A stretch of DNA of 64,000 bases, from NCBI GenBank assembly GCA_963693365.1, contig CAVNZM010000014.1, forward strand, positions 6,510,001-6,574,000, in the 5' to 3' direction. The notes below the pieces were generated by a model. The model searched no databases, had not been told where the DNA came from, and saw only the letters and a program-made list of their open reading frames with translations. Origin of the DNA: Amoebidium appalachense (Eukaryota; Protista; Ichthyosporea). Positions 1-14,073 of this stretch are shown here, in pieces. The position numbers were made by a program, and so were the translations under genes. Each line of letters begins with the position of its first letter. Positions within the stretch are counted from its first letter, which is position 1.

Positions 1-153
1 CACGCACACGTACGCGGCGCCGCGCGTGCTGGCTCACATGCTGACACACCGCGACATCAATGATTCACTTATATACATGCGCAATAATACACGCATATCT
101 AAATTACTACTTTGGCACACCAGGCACAATTGCGCATGCGCATGTGCAAGCAT

Positions 154-759
<606 letters not shown>

Positions 760-789
760 AACACACAAAAAGACTCACAAACCGTAGTA

Positions 790-1500
790 GAACACACCTC
801 TTGAATTAGCCCCATATGGAGGGACTGCAGCTACCAAATCCACATACGCCCTAACTGCAAAAACAAAAGCGGCAAACTTTCGAAGAATCATTTTTTTCAA
901 TCACGACCTGCTGTAAAAAAATGCTATATACAGATAAATTATAAATCGCTAAGAAAATAACTATCAAATATCATGATGATGTTTGTGCGGACGAACATAC
1001 AGTAACTATTGAAACCGTTACGGTCGTGGTGATGTGGCACCATGGAGATGCAAATTTCTGCCTATTTTCATTATATGTTATACCCTGGCTTTCGAAACGG
1101 TATCATTCTCTTGACGAAACGTGGTCGTCAAAGGATATTGAAAAAAGAAAACAGCCATAAGGGGCCTGCGGCATCTGTGTCTTTAGCAGAGAAGAGAGCG
1201 AAAGAAGGCAAGCCTCAACCGTTACGACTCCTGCTGTATGAATAGTAACGTTTGTCGTCAGGAAATTTTAAACTCTGGAATCCGCTCTGGAATGTGCAGC
1301 CAAATAGCGAATAAAAATGAGATAATGGGTACATTTTCCCTTCTCCCAGGCCTTTCCTCGGTCGCTCTTGTCTTTTCCGTCTTCTGTTATATATCGTCAC
1401 TAGAGGCCTACATTCATATTTAGATTTTTGTACTTCCGGTTTCCGGAATTCCGAGTCTCCGGCCGTGCGGATTGCGCAAACCGTGACACCCAAGTAGCAC
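790..1500 (+). repeat. Old dispersed repeat, copy 1 (homologous to 10185-10985)
   Basis: Collinear shared blocks: acacacctctt, gcagctac, aactttcgaa, aaatatcatg, tctggaatgtgc, ttcctcggtcgc.cttgtcttt, tcttctgttat, tacattcatat, gcggatt.cgcaaaccgtgacacc. Both copies start just after a (CA)n tract. Confidence 0.8.
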
Positions 1501-1591
1501 GTCATTCTGAGCCTGCCACTGAGAATGTCCGTAGAACTAAACATTATAATGCGTCATGATGACACATGATCGCCCCAGCCTTAGTCATATT

Positions 1592-1743
<152 letters not shown>

Positions 1744-1967
1744 CAGGTGAAAATGCCAACGATCTGCCCATTGCCATCCCAGGACAGGAAACCCCCAATA
1801 GCCGTTCCGCTAAATCATGGGTTGGTAAGGGTGTAGAGTACTTGACTGCTGTGCAAGCAGGTCTTTTGCGACCAGATACACAGAATAAGATCAGGACTGG
1901 TAACAAGATTCGTGCTGTTAAGTATGGCCGAACAACTCGACAAGCTGGAAAAGCCCTAATGTATTAG
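1744..1967 (+). CDS. Possible terminal exon of a gene starting upstream of the window (unknown protein)
   Basis: (CA)nCAG(CAG) acceptor like those of the other genes, followed by ~73 open non-repetitive codons (GENANDLPIAIPGQ...KALMY*). No recognisable motif, and the opposite strand is also open. Confidence 0.3.
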
Positions 1968-2484
1968 GTTACATCATCGGTTCTCCTCACCCTTTTCTTC
2001 TCCCCCCCCCCCCCCCCCCAATCCCCTTAAACAAACCCCCGTTCCATTAACTCACAGTTTGATATACACACGCATGCACACACACACACACACACACTGT
2101 CCCACATACCTACAATGATACACCAACACCAACACCAAATCCTCCCCCTTTAACGCACTCCCGTCCCATTGGACACACAGTTTGATATAAACACACATGC
2201 ACACACACACACACACACACGCACACACATACTGTCACACATACCTACGCATACACCACCACCAAACCCCTCATACAGTCACATCAACTAACAACCTTCT
2301 CCCACTGACATTTCTTTCTCTCTCCCTATGTTCCCCGGATAGCCTAAACACTTCGACATATAGATTTAGTATTCGATCATGGCTCCCCTGTGTGCTCACG
2401 ATCACACCAACACTAACTCTTCCTCCCAAAACACAACATACACGTAGCCTCCTCTTCCCCCCCCCCCCCCCCCCCCCCCCCCGT

Positions 2485-2521
<37 letters not shown>

Positions 2522-3463
2522 GCATACACATATCTCCGTCTCTCTCTCCTCTCTCACTCTTCTTTGTCATTGTTTATCTCTCCCTCCCTCCCTCCCTCTT
2601 CCTCCGACTCTCTCTGCTGTCTCTCTCTCTTCCCGAGTCTCTCATTCTCTCTCTCTCTCTCTCCATGTTTCCATCTCTGTTTTTCCGATCGCGATCGTTC
2701 ACTACACTTTGGTAACATTCCACAATGCCATGATCACATTCCAAAATGCCATAATTTGGATTCTCACATATGCGCACACGCTACACCTTCTGCACCCGGC
2801 ACCGCTAGATAGATATTTATGTATGTATCTTTTTCTAACTTCTATGTTTTCTTTCTTATTTCCATGGTTTTAACTAGTTCTTAACTTATTCACTCTAAGA
2901 ACCTTTCTGGTTTCGCGGCATACCTGTTATTCAAAATTGTTGTGTTTATCTAACCCATTGTACTGGCTCGAATGTATCACATTTAGACGTATAAGATCCA
3001 TCGATTGTATCCCCGCTATCGAGTTATGACCTATCAAATTCGCGGATTAGCCAACGCTATTGAATTTTGAATATATTAAGGCTTGTTTGACCATCGATTG
3101 ACACCTCACTTCACCGATTGCTGTGTACATCATTGTTTACAGTGTCCATTGCAACACATAGCCATACACCGGCTCGAACCAGTTCGTATATAGCTACTTG
3201 GGACGCCTAAGGCAGGGACTAAGTCCGCTAGTTTGTATTGTTCTACATTCTAGACCAACGCTTAGCCAATGAACGTGTGGTGATGCGCTCCTTAGGTCAC
3301 CGTTCATTTAGGTGTAACTAACGTTGGCAGAGCACCCTTGTAAGCTCACTGGTTCTTATTACACTACTTGTACACGGTATAATCTATAAATATATGGTCA
3401 ACCAGCCCGATTATTATTATTTATCACTCTGTGTCATCTATTTCCCCTCTACAACATACACGT

Positions 3464-3520
<57 letters not shown>

Positions 3521-3554
3521 CCGTGACACAGAGAGAGAGAGAGTCGTGGGAGCT

Positions 3555-3614
<60 letters not shown>

Positions 3615-3895
3615 AGGGAGGGAGGGAGGGAGGGAGGGAGGGAGGGAAGGAGGGAGGGAGAGAGGGCGAGAGACGACGCGTACGTCCTTACACCTCAGCA
3701 AAAACATTTCAGATGACTGATCCGGATCCGACCGTTGTTATGGTCGCATATATGCACTCACTCAATTTCACACACGATCGCGCATACAGACACACACAAC
3801 ACACACACACATGCACACACAGGCGCACACATTAACACACACAAACACACACACACACACACACGTGCACACACGCACCCACAGTGTCACACACA

Positions 3896-3955
<60 letters not shown>

Positions 3956-4541
3956 CGCACACACACACACGCACGCACGCCCGCACACACACACACACAG
4001 TCACTCAAGAACGGCACAGTATGCAGCACACATGTAGTGCATCAAGAACTTGATTGCAGGATTATCACTGAAGACTACCAAATTATAAATGTCTGAAGAG
4101 GTAAATTCTGGCCAGGGGCATATTCATACCCGCTAACGGTTACCACAACATTCTCAATGCAATCCGGAAGCAAGTCAACAGTTGCATCTGTATTCACAGT
4201 GTAACAACGAGCGAGGCCCTGTATTTTCCTCAAGATTTGGAGGGCAGATACTACTATGATTACTACTAGAATACAGCTACGATATATACACGAGGACGTC
4301 CCAATATGCCTGTTAAGTCTAGACCAAGTCAACAGTGACCTCCCTTTCTTCGAAAGTTCATATGAAGCTATATTGTCACAAGACCACATGCATGCAAGCA
4401 AACACTCGTGACTCACCAAGTTAGTTTTTAAACAATATATATATATATATATATACATATATATACACACACACACACGTGTGGCTCACTAATATCATCA
4501 AAGTTTAATAGTCGTTCACTAATGGATGGTTAGGGGAGGCC

Positions 4542-5026
4542 CTACTCCCGAGGCACGCACAGATTCGTCTCGATGAGTTTGAAGGCATAGTCCATGACGT
4601 CAGCAACTGACTCGAAACTTGCAAATGACCCCGCATACCACGTGCGGTACTTGCCCTGCATATCCCAAATTTTCCACGGATATTCCTGCTGAATTTCCTG
4701 GTGGATAAAAAAAGAGAAACAAGATGTAAGCGAGAGACACTGTCTCGGGTGGCGGTGAGGGTTGAAGGTGTTGTGGTAAACCAGATCTAGAGAAGAGAAA
4801 TCTTTATTCTGAATTTTAATTTTGAGTTTAGACCAGGCTTTGGATTCGAACTTCGATATAAGTGATGCTTGGCCTACTTTTTTGGTTGTTTTGGATCAAG
4901 TGGGAGTCGATATAAAGGGGTGAGGTGGGATGGACCAAAAGTGTGAAGAGGGGGAGAGGAAAAAACGGTGTGTATGTGCATGTGCATGTGTGTGTGTGGG
5001 TGTGGGTGGGTCGATGGGTGTCACCG

Positions 5027-5065
<39 letters not shown>

Positions 5066-6599
5066 CTTCGGAGAGGGGGATCCTAACCTGCACGGTGAAA
5101 CGTGGAAAGTAGTCAGCGCTGAGCCGATCGAGGATGGTGATGTTGGATCCCCCTTGCTCTGAAATTTCGGATATGAGGGTGGCGTCGACCTGCGAATCGC
5201 TAATCTGATCGCTGAAACCGAACCCGGTTTGCTGGCCCGTGATATAAATCGGGTTTGGTTCGGTCGAATTTGGGTAAAAAATCCCCCTTTCGTTACGCAA
5301 AAAGAAGAAACCGGGGTCAGATTTGGGCGAATTTGTCATGTTTTCCCCGTAATATGTCATACACCCCTTTATCCCGACCGGTAACCCTTGGGCGGATATC
5401 GTACGAGTGTACAGTTTGGAGGACTTTAGGCGCCCAAAAACATCCTTCTCATCCGGTCTGGCGTCGATGATATCCAATGTTTCCGGGAATTTCGAAGTCA
5501 AAATTACGAAATCGAATTTCTCGCTGACGGAATCGGGGTTTGAAGGGTCTGTGTAGGTGATTTGGACCCCTTGAGAGTCCCTCTTGATGCTCGAAATTTG
5601 GGCGTTGAGAAGGATTTTCGGCTTGAACGGGTCGGCTACGCGCTTAAACAGGGTTTCAAACCCCTCCAATATCATACTGAAAGATGTGTTAGGGTTCGAA
5701 CCTTGTTCAATAATCAGGGATTTGAATAAGGAGGGGGTCGACCAAAGCAGCCCGTAGTATGGGGGAACCTCCTCCAAGAACCCATATCCTTGGGCCGTTT
5801 GCATAAAAAAGAGCGCAGGAATCAGGGCTTCTAGTCTGTTCTGTATGAGAAAATCCTTGAATGACCCATTGCCTAATTTGGCAAGTTGTTGTGGGGACGG
5901 TCGGTCCGGGAAAAGGAAATCATTATCGCCGAAAATTTCACTGTAGAGAGTGCGATAGCGTTGTAGCGCCTCTAGAACGGCGGATTGGAATGCGGCTGGA
6001 TCGGCATTTTGACCCGTGATTTTCGCCCAATAGTGCACCTGCGTGGGTGGCGAGGGCCAACCAGATAAGGAGAAGTCAGTAACGGTTGGTTTCTACATGA
6101 GATTTCTTTTTATTAGGTTATTGTTGTAAATAAACTACGAGGGTATGACGTGTGTTTATTTTTTCGGTATTGCCATAGCTTTCCTCTCTTGAATCTGTAA
6201 TTACACATAACCCTGCATCCAGTGTGTGTGCTCTGTGGTGGTGGTGGGGTGGGGGGTGGGGGTGGGGTGTGGGGGGGGGGGTCGAAGTATTGTTGCTGCT
6301 AGGCGTATGATGGAGCCCGTGAAAGAACGGTGGTGGGGGAGGAGGGGGGGGGGGGGGGGGGGGGGGGGGGAAGGGGGGAGGGGTTAGAAGAACAATGTCG
6401 AGCAATAGGGGAAAATCGGGGGGGGGGGGGGGGGGGGGGGAGGGTACGAGAGAGAGAGTAGAGGGGTAAGGGAGGGGGACGGGATGAGGGAATAGCTATA
6501 GGTGTGTGTGTGTGGGAGGGGGGGGAGGGGGGGCGGGGAGGCGGAGGGGAGGGGAGGGTATTTGACGGGAGAGGGAGGGGGAGGGGGGGAAGATAAGGC

Positions 6600-6630
<31 letters not shown>

Positions 6631-6743
6631 GAGAGAAAAAGAGAGTGAGAGTGTGTGTGTGCGATTGTGTGTTTGCGTATGTGTGACAGACACAGACAAA
6701 AACAGACACAGGGCACAAGCGCGCGCGCACACACACACGCACA

Positions 6744-6782
<39 letters not shown>

Positions 6783-8233
6783 TCACACACACACAAGGAC
6801 GCACACACACACACACGGACGCACACACATACACACACACACATACCCACACACACACAAACACACACACACGAAAAGAAAATAAAAACCCTACCTTCCA
6901 GTTTGCCGCAGGTTCACCCAAACCTCCGTTCTTTCCCTCCACAACATAACCCCCCTCGTCCGGAATAGGAACCAACGTGAGATTGTGCTGTTTAATGAGC
7001 TCTACTACGCACCCATAACGTCCTGTGGGTGAAATATTGGGGGGGAAGCAATGTATAAGGTGTAGGAGGGGATGGGAGGGGGGGGGGAGGGAGAGAGAGA
7101 GACAGACAGAGAGAGAAGGGGGAAGGCATGGGGGGGGGGGGGGGGGGGGGATGAAGGGGGAGAAAAGGAGAGGTGAAAACACGTTAGTCAAACGTGATCT
7201 GGAATTAAGTCTTTACAGCGTGACCCAAACACCGTGAACACAGTGGTGTGATGAAAATATCATGAAACACAACACGTGCAAGGAGCAAGGGCAGCGGCCA
7301 TGCCACGAAAACGTCGAAAACTGAAAGGGGTGTGTGTGTATGCGTGTTTCTTTCTTTCTTTCTTTGGGGAGGAGGGGGAAGGGGGAGGGGAGGGGGAGGG
7401 GAGGAGCCTGAGAGGGGGAGGGAGAGAGGAGGGGAGAAGGCGGGGGGGGGGGGGGGGGGAGGGGGGGGGGGGGAGAGGGAGGGGGGGGGGGGGGGGGGGG
7501 GGAATCATGTGTGTACGTTTGCACTCTTACTCCACATAAAAGAACAGAAACATACAAACACGCACACACACACACAGATGCAGGGCGTGGGGCACGGGGC
7601 AGGGGGGCTGGGGAAGGGAGGGAGGGGCAGGAACACGCACATGCACACACACATACACACACAGAGAGAGAGAGACACTTGTACACACACACACACATAC
7701 ACACACGGACACACACACTAACTTACTTTTATGCATGTGTGCGAGCACACACACACACACATACTTGCGCGTGCTTACACAAACACACACACGCACACAC
7801 ACACACACAGACGGGGACGGGCACACACACAATGACACATACACTTAACACAAATACACACACACACACACACACACACACACCACATTACCCACCTATC
7901 GTGCAACATGGTCCCATCTCATGAGGTACGCCATTGACAAACTTCGTTGTCGCATATCCGCCTACACGCCCCGTCCTCTCAAACACCCTCACATTTTCAT
8001 AACCCAACCCCGTCAGCATGTGCACAGTCGATATCCCCGCAGGCCCAGCCCCCACCACGGCTATTCTGCTCTGCCGGGTGAACGGTGGCTGGGTGTTTGC
8101 TGTGCACGGTTGGAGGGTAGGGAGGGGCTTTGTGCAGTGCTCTTGGGCAGGAACATTCAAGAAACTGAGGTCGGGAAGAGAGGGTACAGCTGCATGGGGT
8201 GGGTGGGAATGGGGGAAGGAAGGGGGGGGAGTG

Positions 8234-8271
<38 letters not shown>

Positions 8272-8632
8272 GGGAGAGGTAGGGGGGAGTGAATGGGTTG
8301 GTGAGTTGGTGGGTGGGTAGGTGGGTGGGTGGGTATGTCTGATTGTGTCTGTGTGTGTGCACGTGCGTATGCGTGTGCTTGTGTGTGTGTGCGCACCCGC
8401 GCACGCATGTGTGTTGTGTGCATGCATTGATGTATACGGGTATGTAGGGGGGGGAGGGGAAAAGGGGAGAGTGGGGAGGAGGGGGTGGGGGGGAGAGCCG
8501 GGAGGGGGGGTGATAGGATTCTGTCTTAGTGCACATAAAGGCTCTTAGAAGCAGAAAACAATCATCAGTTCTTTCATGGCGTAGAAACATACCATCACTA
8601 ACGCCACAGTAAACATCATTTTGTTTGTGTGG
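4542..8632 (-). CDS. FAD-dependent oxidoreductase of the polyunsaturated fatty acid isomerase (PAI/PFI)-like flavin amine-oxidase family; 5' end unresolved
   Basis: Phase-consistent GT-AG exons 8189-7896, 7022-6895, 6038-5088, 4697-4542, plus a probable exon 8632-8593. Motifs: [11 protein letters not shown]...FERTGRVGG...[41 protein letters not shown]. Confidence 0.88.
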
Positions 8633-9606
8633 CTAGAGCACTTGATGGGTAGTACTAAACCAACCACGGCCTTTTCACGTGACTGCTGCTTTAATTCCAA
8701 CTATTCACAGTGAAATAAGGTCATGTGATGATGTCTGACTTTAACTAACTGAAAGGTACATGCCTGAAAGTTTCGAGGTGCAAGCCTTTTAACTTGACGG
8801 TAAAAGGATCACGCTATCTGCATGCGAGAAAAAGACCCGGTATCTCCCACAAAACAGAATTATAGGGAGATTGGGCATGAAAAGCATCCGTCTGGAGGAT
8901 ACGGCATTCTGAATAACTAATGACGCTGGTATGTAGCTTGTGCAAACACAGAAACCTACGCGGTGGATATGCCCAACTAAAAACCACGGGGGTGAAATGC
9001 ATAACAGAATATTCGTACACTGGTCATGTATGGCACACCGGAAAACGGGAGGCATTTTTTGCGAGGCTACCCTAATTTTCCGACAGTATCTAAATGTATA
9101 TTTATGTATTAGGCATGGCTAGTCACACAGTGCTCTTAGAGCCAATCACAATGCCGCAACACACTGCCTGGAGTGCAAAATTAATCAGATCTGGCTATAT
9201 GATTGGTGGATGTGTACCTGCTGCTGTGAGTGGCTGGGTGGTGCCTTCAGCCTGCAGGTTGGAGAGGATGCTCTGAAGGAGATGGCCTGTGTGCGCAGCA
9301 GGGAGAGAGAGATGAGTGTTAGGCGCTACTGGTTCAGAAAGTGAACGGGTATTGGAAAATGAGAGCAGTAAAACTAGAAATGGCATCTTGGAAGGGAAAA
9401 AAAGGTTTTCCAGGGTACCTGAGAATAGATAGCTATGGAACTTATAGAGATGTGCAACACGCACGGTGGAGAGTGGCGACTATAGTATACACACGTGCAC
9501 ACCACATGCACACAACATGCACACCAGGTCTAGTGTGATAACGGACCAGCACTGCGCACACCCAAGTGGCCGTGTAATCATACACAATAAAACACACACA
9601 CACACA

Positions 9607-9638
<32 letters not shown>

Positions 9639-9677
9639 CACACCCCCCCCCCCCCCCCCTCCCCTTCTCGTTCTCTT

Positions 9678-9730
<53 letters not shown>

Positions 9731-9855
9731 TTCGCCCACATGCTGACTGGCACTCCAACATCCATGATTCAGGTACACAAACACAATAATTGCACATTAA
9801 TATTAGTTGATATTGATTATTTGAATGTTCGCGCACGCACGCACAAATGTGCGCG

Positions 9856-9931
<76 letters not shown>

Positions 9932-9951
9932 AACACACACACACAAACACG

Positions 9952-9985
<34 letters not shown>

Positions 9986-10054
9986 ACACACACACCGTGA
10001 CACGCACACACATGCACATGCACACATGCGCGCGCGCGCGCACGTGCGCGCGCG

Positions 10055-10148
<94 letters not shown>

Positions 10149-10184
10149 AACACACATAAGCACATACACATACACAATATTTAG

Positions 10185-10985
10185 GACACACCTCTTCCCT
10201 CGGAAGGAATCGCAGCTACACAAGCCACGCAGGCTCCAATTACTGCAACAACAGATGGGGCGAACTTTCGAATGATCATTTTCCAACCTGTAAGAATGTT
10301 TATAAAACAGATTAAAAAGTAGGAATATACAGATATATTATAACTTGCATGTAAATCACTTTGGGGCAAATATCATGTGGTTTATGTGGAAGAACATAAA
10401 CACGTAATGGTTACCGTATAATTGCAAGCTTAATATATAATTAGGCTATTTGGCTTTCAAATTCATTGTTTCGTGTTCGCGTGGTCACGGAATCATTCTC
10501 TTGGCAAAGCTGGTCGTCAAATAATTTTTTTTTTTTTTAAGAAAAAGGCTGCCTGCATGCTTGTCTCAGTACTGTACAGAAAAGAGAGCAAAAGCAGTCA
10601 AATGCCAACAACTTGCAAGGTGTGGCGTTTATAACCACGTGTCGTCACTAAATTTTAACCTCTGGAATGTGCGACTGATAACGGATAAAAAAAGAGGCCG
10701 CACGTCATTTGTCCTCAGGGTGACACTCGTGCAGTCTCACTTCAGCCCTTTTCCTCGGTCGCACTTGTCTTTCCAGTCTTCTGTTATTTAGGTAGTTTAT
10801 CTTCGTCTTTGGTCAGCTATGTCGTCACCTATGTACATTCATATGCAGATATTATTGTATGTGCGCCCGGTTTCGCGGAATCGCGAGTCTCTCCCGTGAT
10901 CATGACACACCCGGGTACTTACAAGGCGTAAGCATGCAAGTGTGCACGTGCGCATGCGGATTACGCAAACCGTGACACCAAGCAA
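10185..10985 (+). repeat. Old dispersed repeat, copy 2 (homologous to 790-1500)
   Basis: Collinear shared blocks with 790-1500, with indels. Confidence 0.8.
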
Positions 10986-11536
10986 GAGTATACGCCACAG
11001 GCCACTGGGCATGTCCGTCTTAATAATAATACTAATAATAATATTATTATTATTATAAGTATCAATAAAGTTAGTGTCCCAAGTTGGCGGCCGGTGGTGG
11101 TGTTGGTGCGGCAGCTGCTGGAACCGGTGGCAATGCATGGATGGACAGGGCCCCGGGGCCGGTGCACATGGGTGGGGCACCCGGGTGGCGTGCACGCCTC
11201 GGAGGAGAGGAGGGGGGGCGGGGGCCCCGGGGGAGGGAAGGGGGGAATCTCGAAGGGGGTAGTGAAGGCCCGAGGGGGCCGGGGGGCTGGGCCCCGTGGG
11301 AGAGGGGAGGGGAATTCCAAGGGCCGGATGGCCATGCCATAGATAGATAGTGGGTTGCTCGGACTCGATCACCTCCCGCACGGCTCTGGGCGGGAGGAGC
11401 CCATGCTGCCATGGGCCCGGGCTGGTGCACTGACTAACTGACTGGTAGTGCCACGGACGGCCCGTGCACTGGCCATGGGTAGCCTACAATAGACTGCTCC
11501 GTACTTGTACACCCTTCCCCCCGCCCCCCATTCCCC

Positions 11537-11583
<47 letters not shown>

Positions 11584-11686
11584 CCTCCCATCCCCCCCCC
11601 CCCGGCCCCCCTCCCTCCCCTCTGGTGTACATGTCCTGCGCTCCGCCTGGGCCGCCCGGGCGTCAGCACTTGCCTTTTTCGCAATA

Positions 11687-11868
11687 CAGTCGGCGTCCAC
11701 GAATAAGAGGTCTCCCTCCACGGGGGGTAACGCTCAAGAATCTTATCTCAAATATGAGAAAATGACGTCACTCTATAATAAACTATGACGTCATATAATT
11801 TCCCCCCCCCAACTTTGGTTGCGCTAGATCTCTTATTCGTGGAATCTCTTATTCGCGGACGCCGACTG
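11687..11868. mobile_element. 182-bp Tc1/mariner (pogo-like) MITE
   Basis: 23-bp TIR CAGTCGGCGTCC(A/G)CGAATAAGAG with one mismatch; TA on both flanks (11685-86, 11869-70); extra subterminal copy of CGAATAAGAG at the right end. Confidence 0.88.
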
Positions 11869-12345
11869 TATTGTTGAGCCTGTCCTGTCCGGATCGGATT
11901 CCGACAGTGATTGGCGTAAATTCTTCCCTACGGAGTTCATTGACAAGTGCATGGCCATGCATGCATTGTCGTCTCGGAGAAATCCATGCCTTCTATTTGC
12001 CCCCCCCCCCCCCCCATCCCTTCCCCACCTCTTTCTCTCAGTCTCTCTCTGAGATCCCCCTCCCCCTCCCCCCCCCCGCCTCTCTCTCTCTGAGTCTCTC
12101 CGAGTCTCTCCTCAGCTCCCTCTCTGTCTCAGTCTCTCTCCGAGTAGACCTTTCCCTCTCCCCCCTCAGCCTCTTTCTGAGACTCCCCCCCCCCCCCCCC
12201 CCCCTCCCCCCCCCCCCCTCCCCCCCCTCCCCCCGCTCTTCATGGCCGCGGGTAAAACACGGGCTGTACTGTACGTGTCTGATCGAATCAGCCAGAGAAT
12301 GGTCATATGCGGGTGCTCACACGTGCGAATGCAACTGTGCGCCTG

Positions 12346-12411
<66 letters not shown>

Positions 12412-12489
12412 GGGGGCTGAGGAGGAGAAGGAGGAGGGAATCAGTGGGGAATGTGTTGCAATTGGGGTCCGTGGGGGGGGAGTGGGGAT

Positions 12490-12523
<34 letters not shown>

Positions 12524-12630
12524 TGGGGTGCTAATAATGATGTGACCTTCATTTCAATTCATTTCTTTTTTCTTTCTTTTTTTTTTTTTTTTTTTTGGTC
12601 TGTGTCCGTGTGCAAGCTTAGGAGTGCGGG

Positions 12631-12747
<117 letters not shown>

Positions 12748-12790
12748 GGCAAGGGGCATGTGGAATGCGGATAGTGATTTCTATCTTTTA

Positions 12791-12992
12791 GGGCGGGTTC
12801 AAAGTAGACTACCGTACCCGGTCAGACTAGCAAAATTTAGCCTCCGCCGGCCAAGATTGCTATGGTATGCAACGTTTACCGATTTGCTACTAAATATGGT
12901 AGCACATCGGTGCGACGTCATATACCATAGCAATCTTAGCCGCTGGCGACTAATTTTGCTAATCTGACGGGGTACGTAGTCTGTTTGAACCG
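12791..12992. mobile_element. ~200-bp foldback MITE, possibly PIF/Harbinger (Tourist-like)
   Basis: The element is an imperfect palindrome along its length (ggttcaaa..agactac..gtacc..tcaga..agcaaaatt..aagattgctatggtat..gctac and its reverse complement), with TTA next to both ends. Confidence 0.75.
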
Positions 12993-13118
12993 TTAGTCAT
13001 CAATTATTTTTTTCTATCTTTCTTTCTCTCTTTCTCTCTTCTGTCTGTGTGTGTGTTTGGGGGTTTGGGGAGGAGGAGAGGGGGGGGGGGGGGGGGGGAG
13101 GGGGGGGGGGGGGGGGGG

Positions 13119-13887
13119 TGTTGGACATTGTGTTCATAGAAGCTAGTTCTAGTGCACGTTGTTCCTTCTGTAAGTCAGAAATGATTGCATCTTGTGAGGC
13201 CAACCTCTGCTCCAGTAGTTGGACTAGTTGCTGCAACTGTAAGTTGTCAGACATAGTGTCGTGTATGATGGGTAACTAGTCTATGTGTTTTGTGCACTGG
13301 AAACGACAGTAGAAAAGTGTAAATCAAACGTTCTGCTTCCCATGTTTGTGACATGGGAGGCACTGCTTTATATAGTCGTTGGCCACCTCATGGTGGCCTC
13401 GTGTGCACCCTGGTGGTGGGCCATGTACAGCATGGCCGAAAAGAGAGCACAATGAAAACAAGTCGTTAAAGATATAAAAGTTAACTGTGCACGTTGAGTG
13501 GCTAGTTAACTTGCACTAAAGCACACAAATAAACGTGTTTAACACACCAATTGCAGTTAAACGTAAATCTTGCTTCACACAACTAAAAATATTCTGAGAA
13601 TATCCGGGAATAAAGCACACTACCACTCTAAGAATAGAATCCTGTGGCAAATATAGACATGACATCATCTGAACCGGGAATAGCCAAAAAGAGAGCACAA
13701 TTAGCACGTTGCTACTAGTGAAGCTCGTCATTGGTACAGTTTTGGCTCAAACATATAACTACCATATATGAATATGACCGTAAACAAAAGCTCTATGCAC
13801 TCGAGTGAGTGTTGAAACAGTTATTCAATTGCTCAGAAACTTTCTCTAACAGACATTGCTAGCCGGGAGTACCAGTGTACTCCAACA
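13119..13887 (-). repeat. 3' LTR (769 bp)
   Basis: TGTTGG...CCAACA termini; direct repeat of 18256-19021. Confidence 0.97.
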
Positions 13888-13900
13888 CCCCTACTCAATT
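13888..13900 (-). promoter_or_regulatory. Polypurine tract abutting the 3' LTR (AATTGAGTAGGGG); second identical copy at 13974-13986
   Basis: Lies immediately 5' of the 3' LTR on the minus strand. Confidence 0.75.
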
Positions 13901-14073
13901 GGATAATTGTGGTATGAATTAATGCAACTGAGCTCGAGTGCTTCAGGTGCACAAAATACAGACAATAAAGATTCCCCTACTCAATTTTAGTATGGTACAC
14001 GTAGTTGCACAGTCGGATGCAACTCTCTCCCCCCCCCTGAAGTATGAGGGCGCAGTTGGTTGATGACGGGTGC

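Noticed and set aside
2805-3232. Possible Helitron 3' end (ggac-taa-gtcc hairpin then CTAGT)
   Set aside because: The hairpin is only 4 bp, there is a single copy in the window, and no 5' end can be defined.
13000-13254. 84-aa ORF identical to the Gag N-terminus
   Set aside because: It is the 3' LTR copy of the gag start running into the flanking C-run, not a separate gene.
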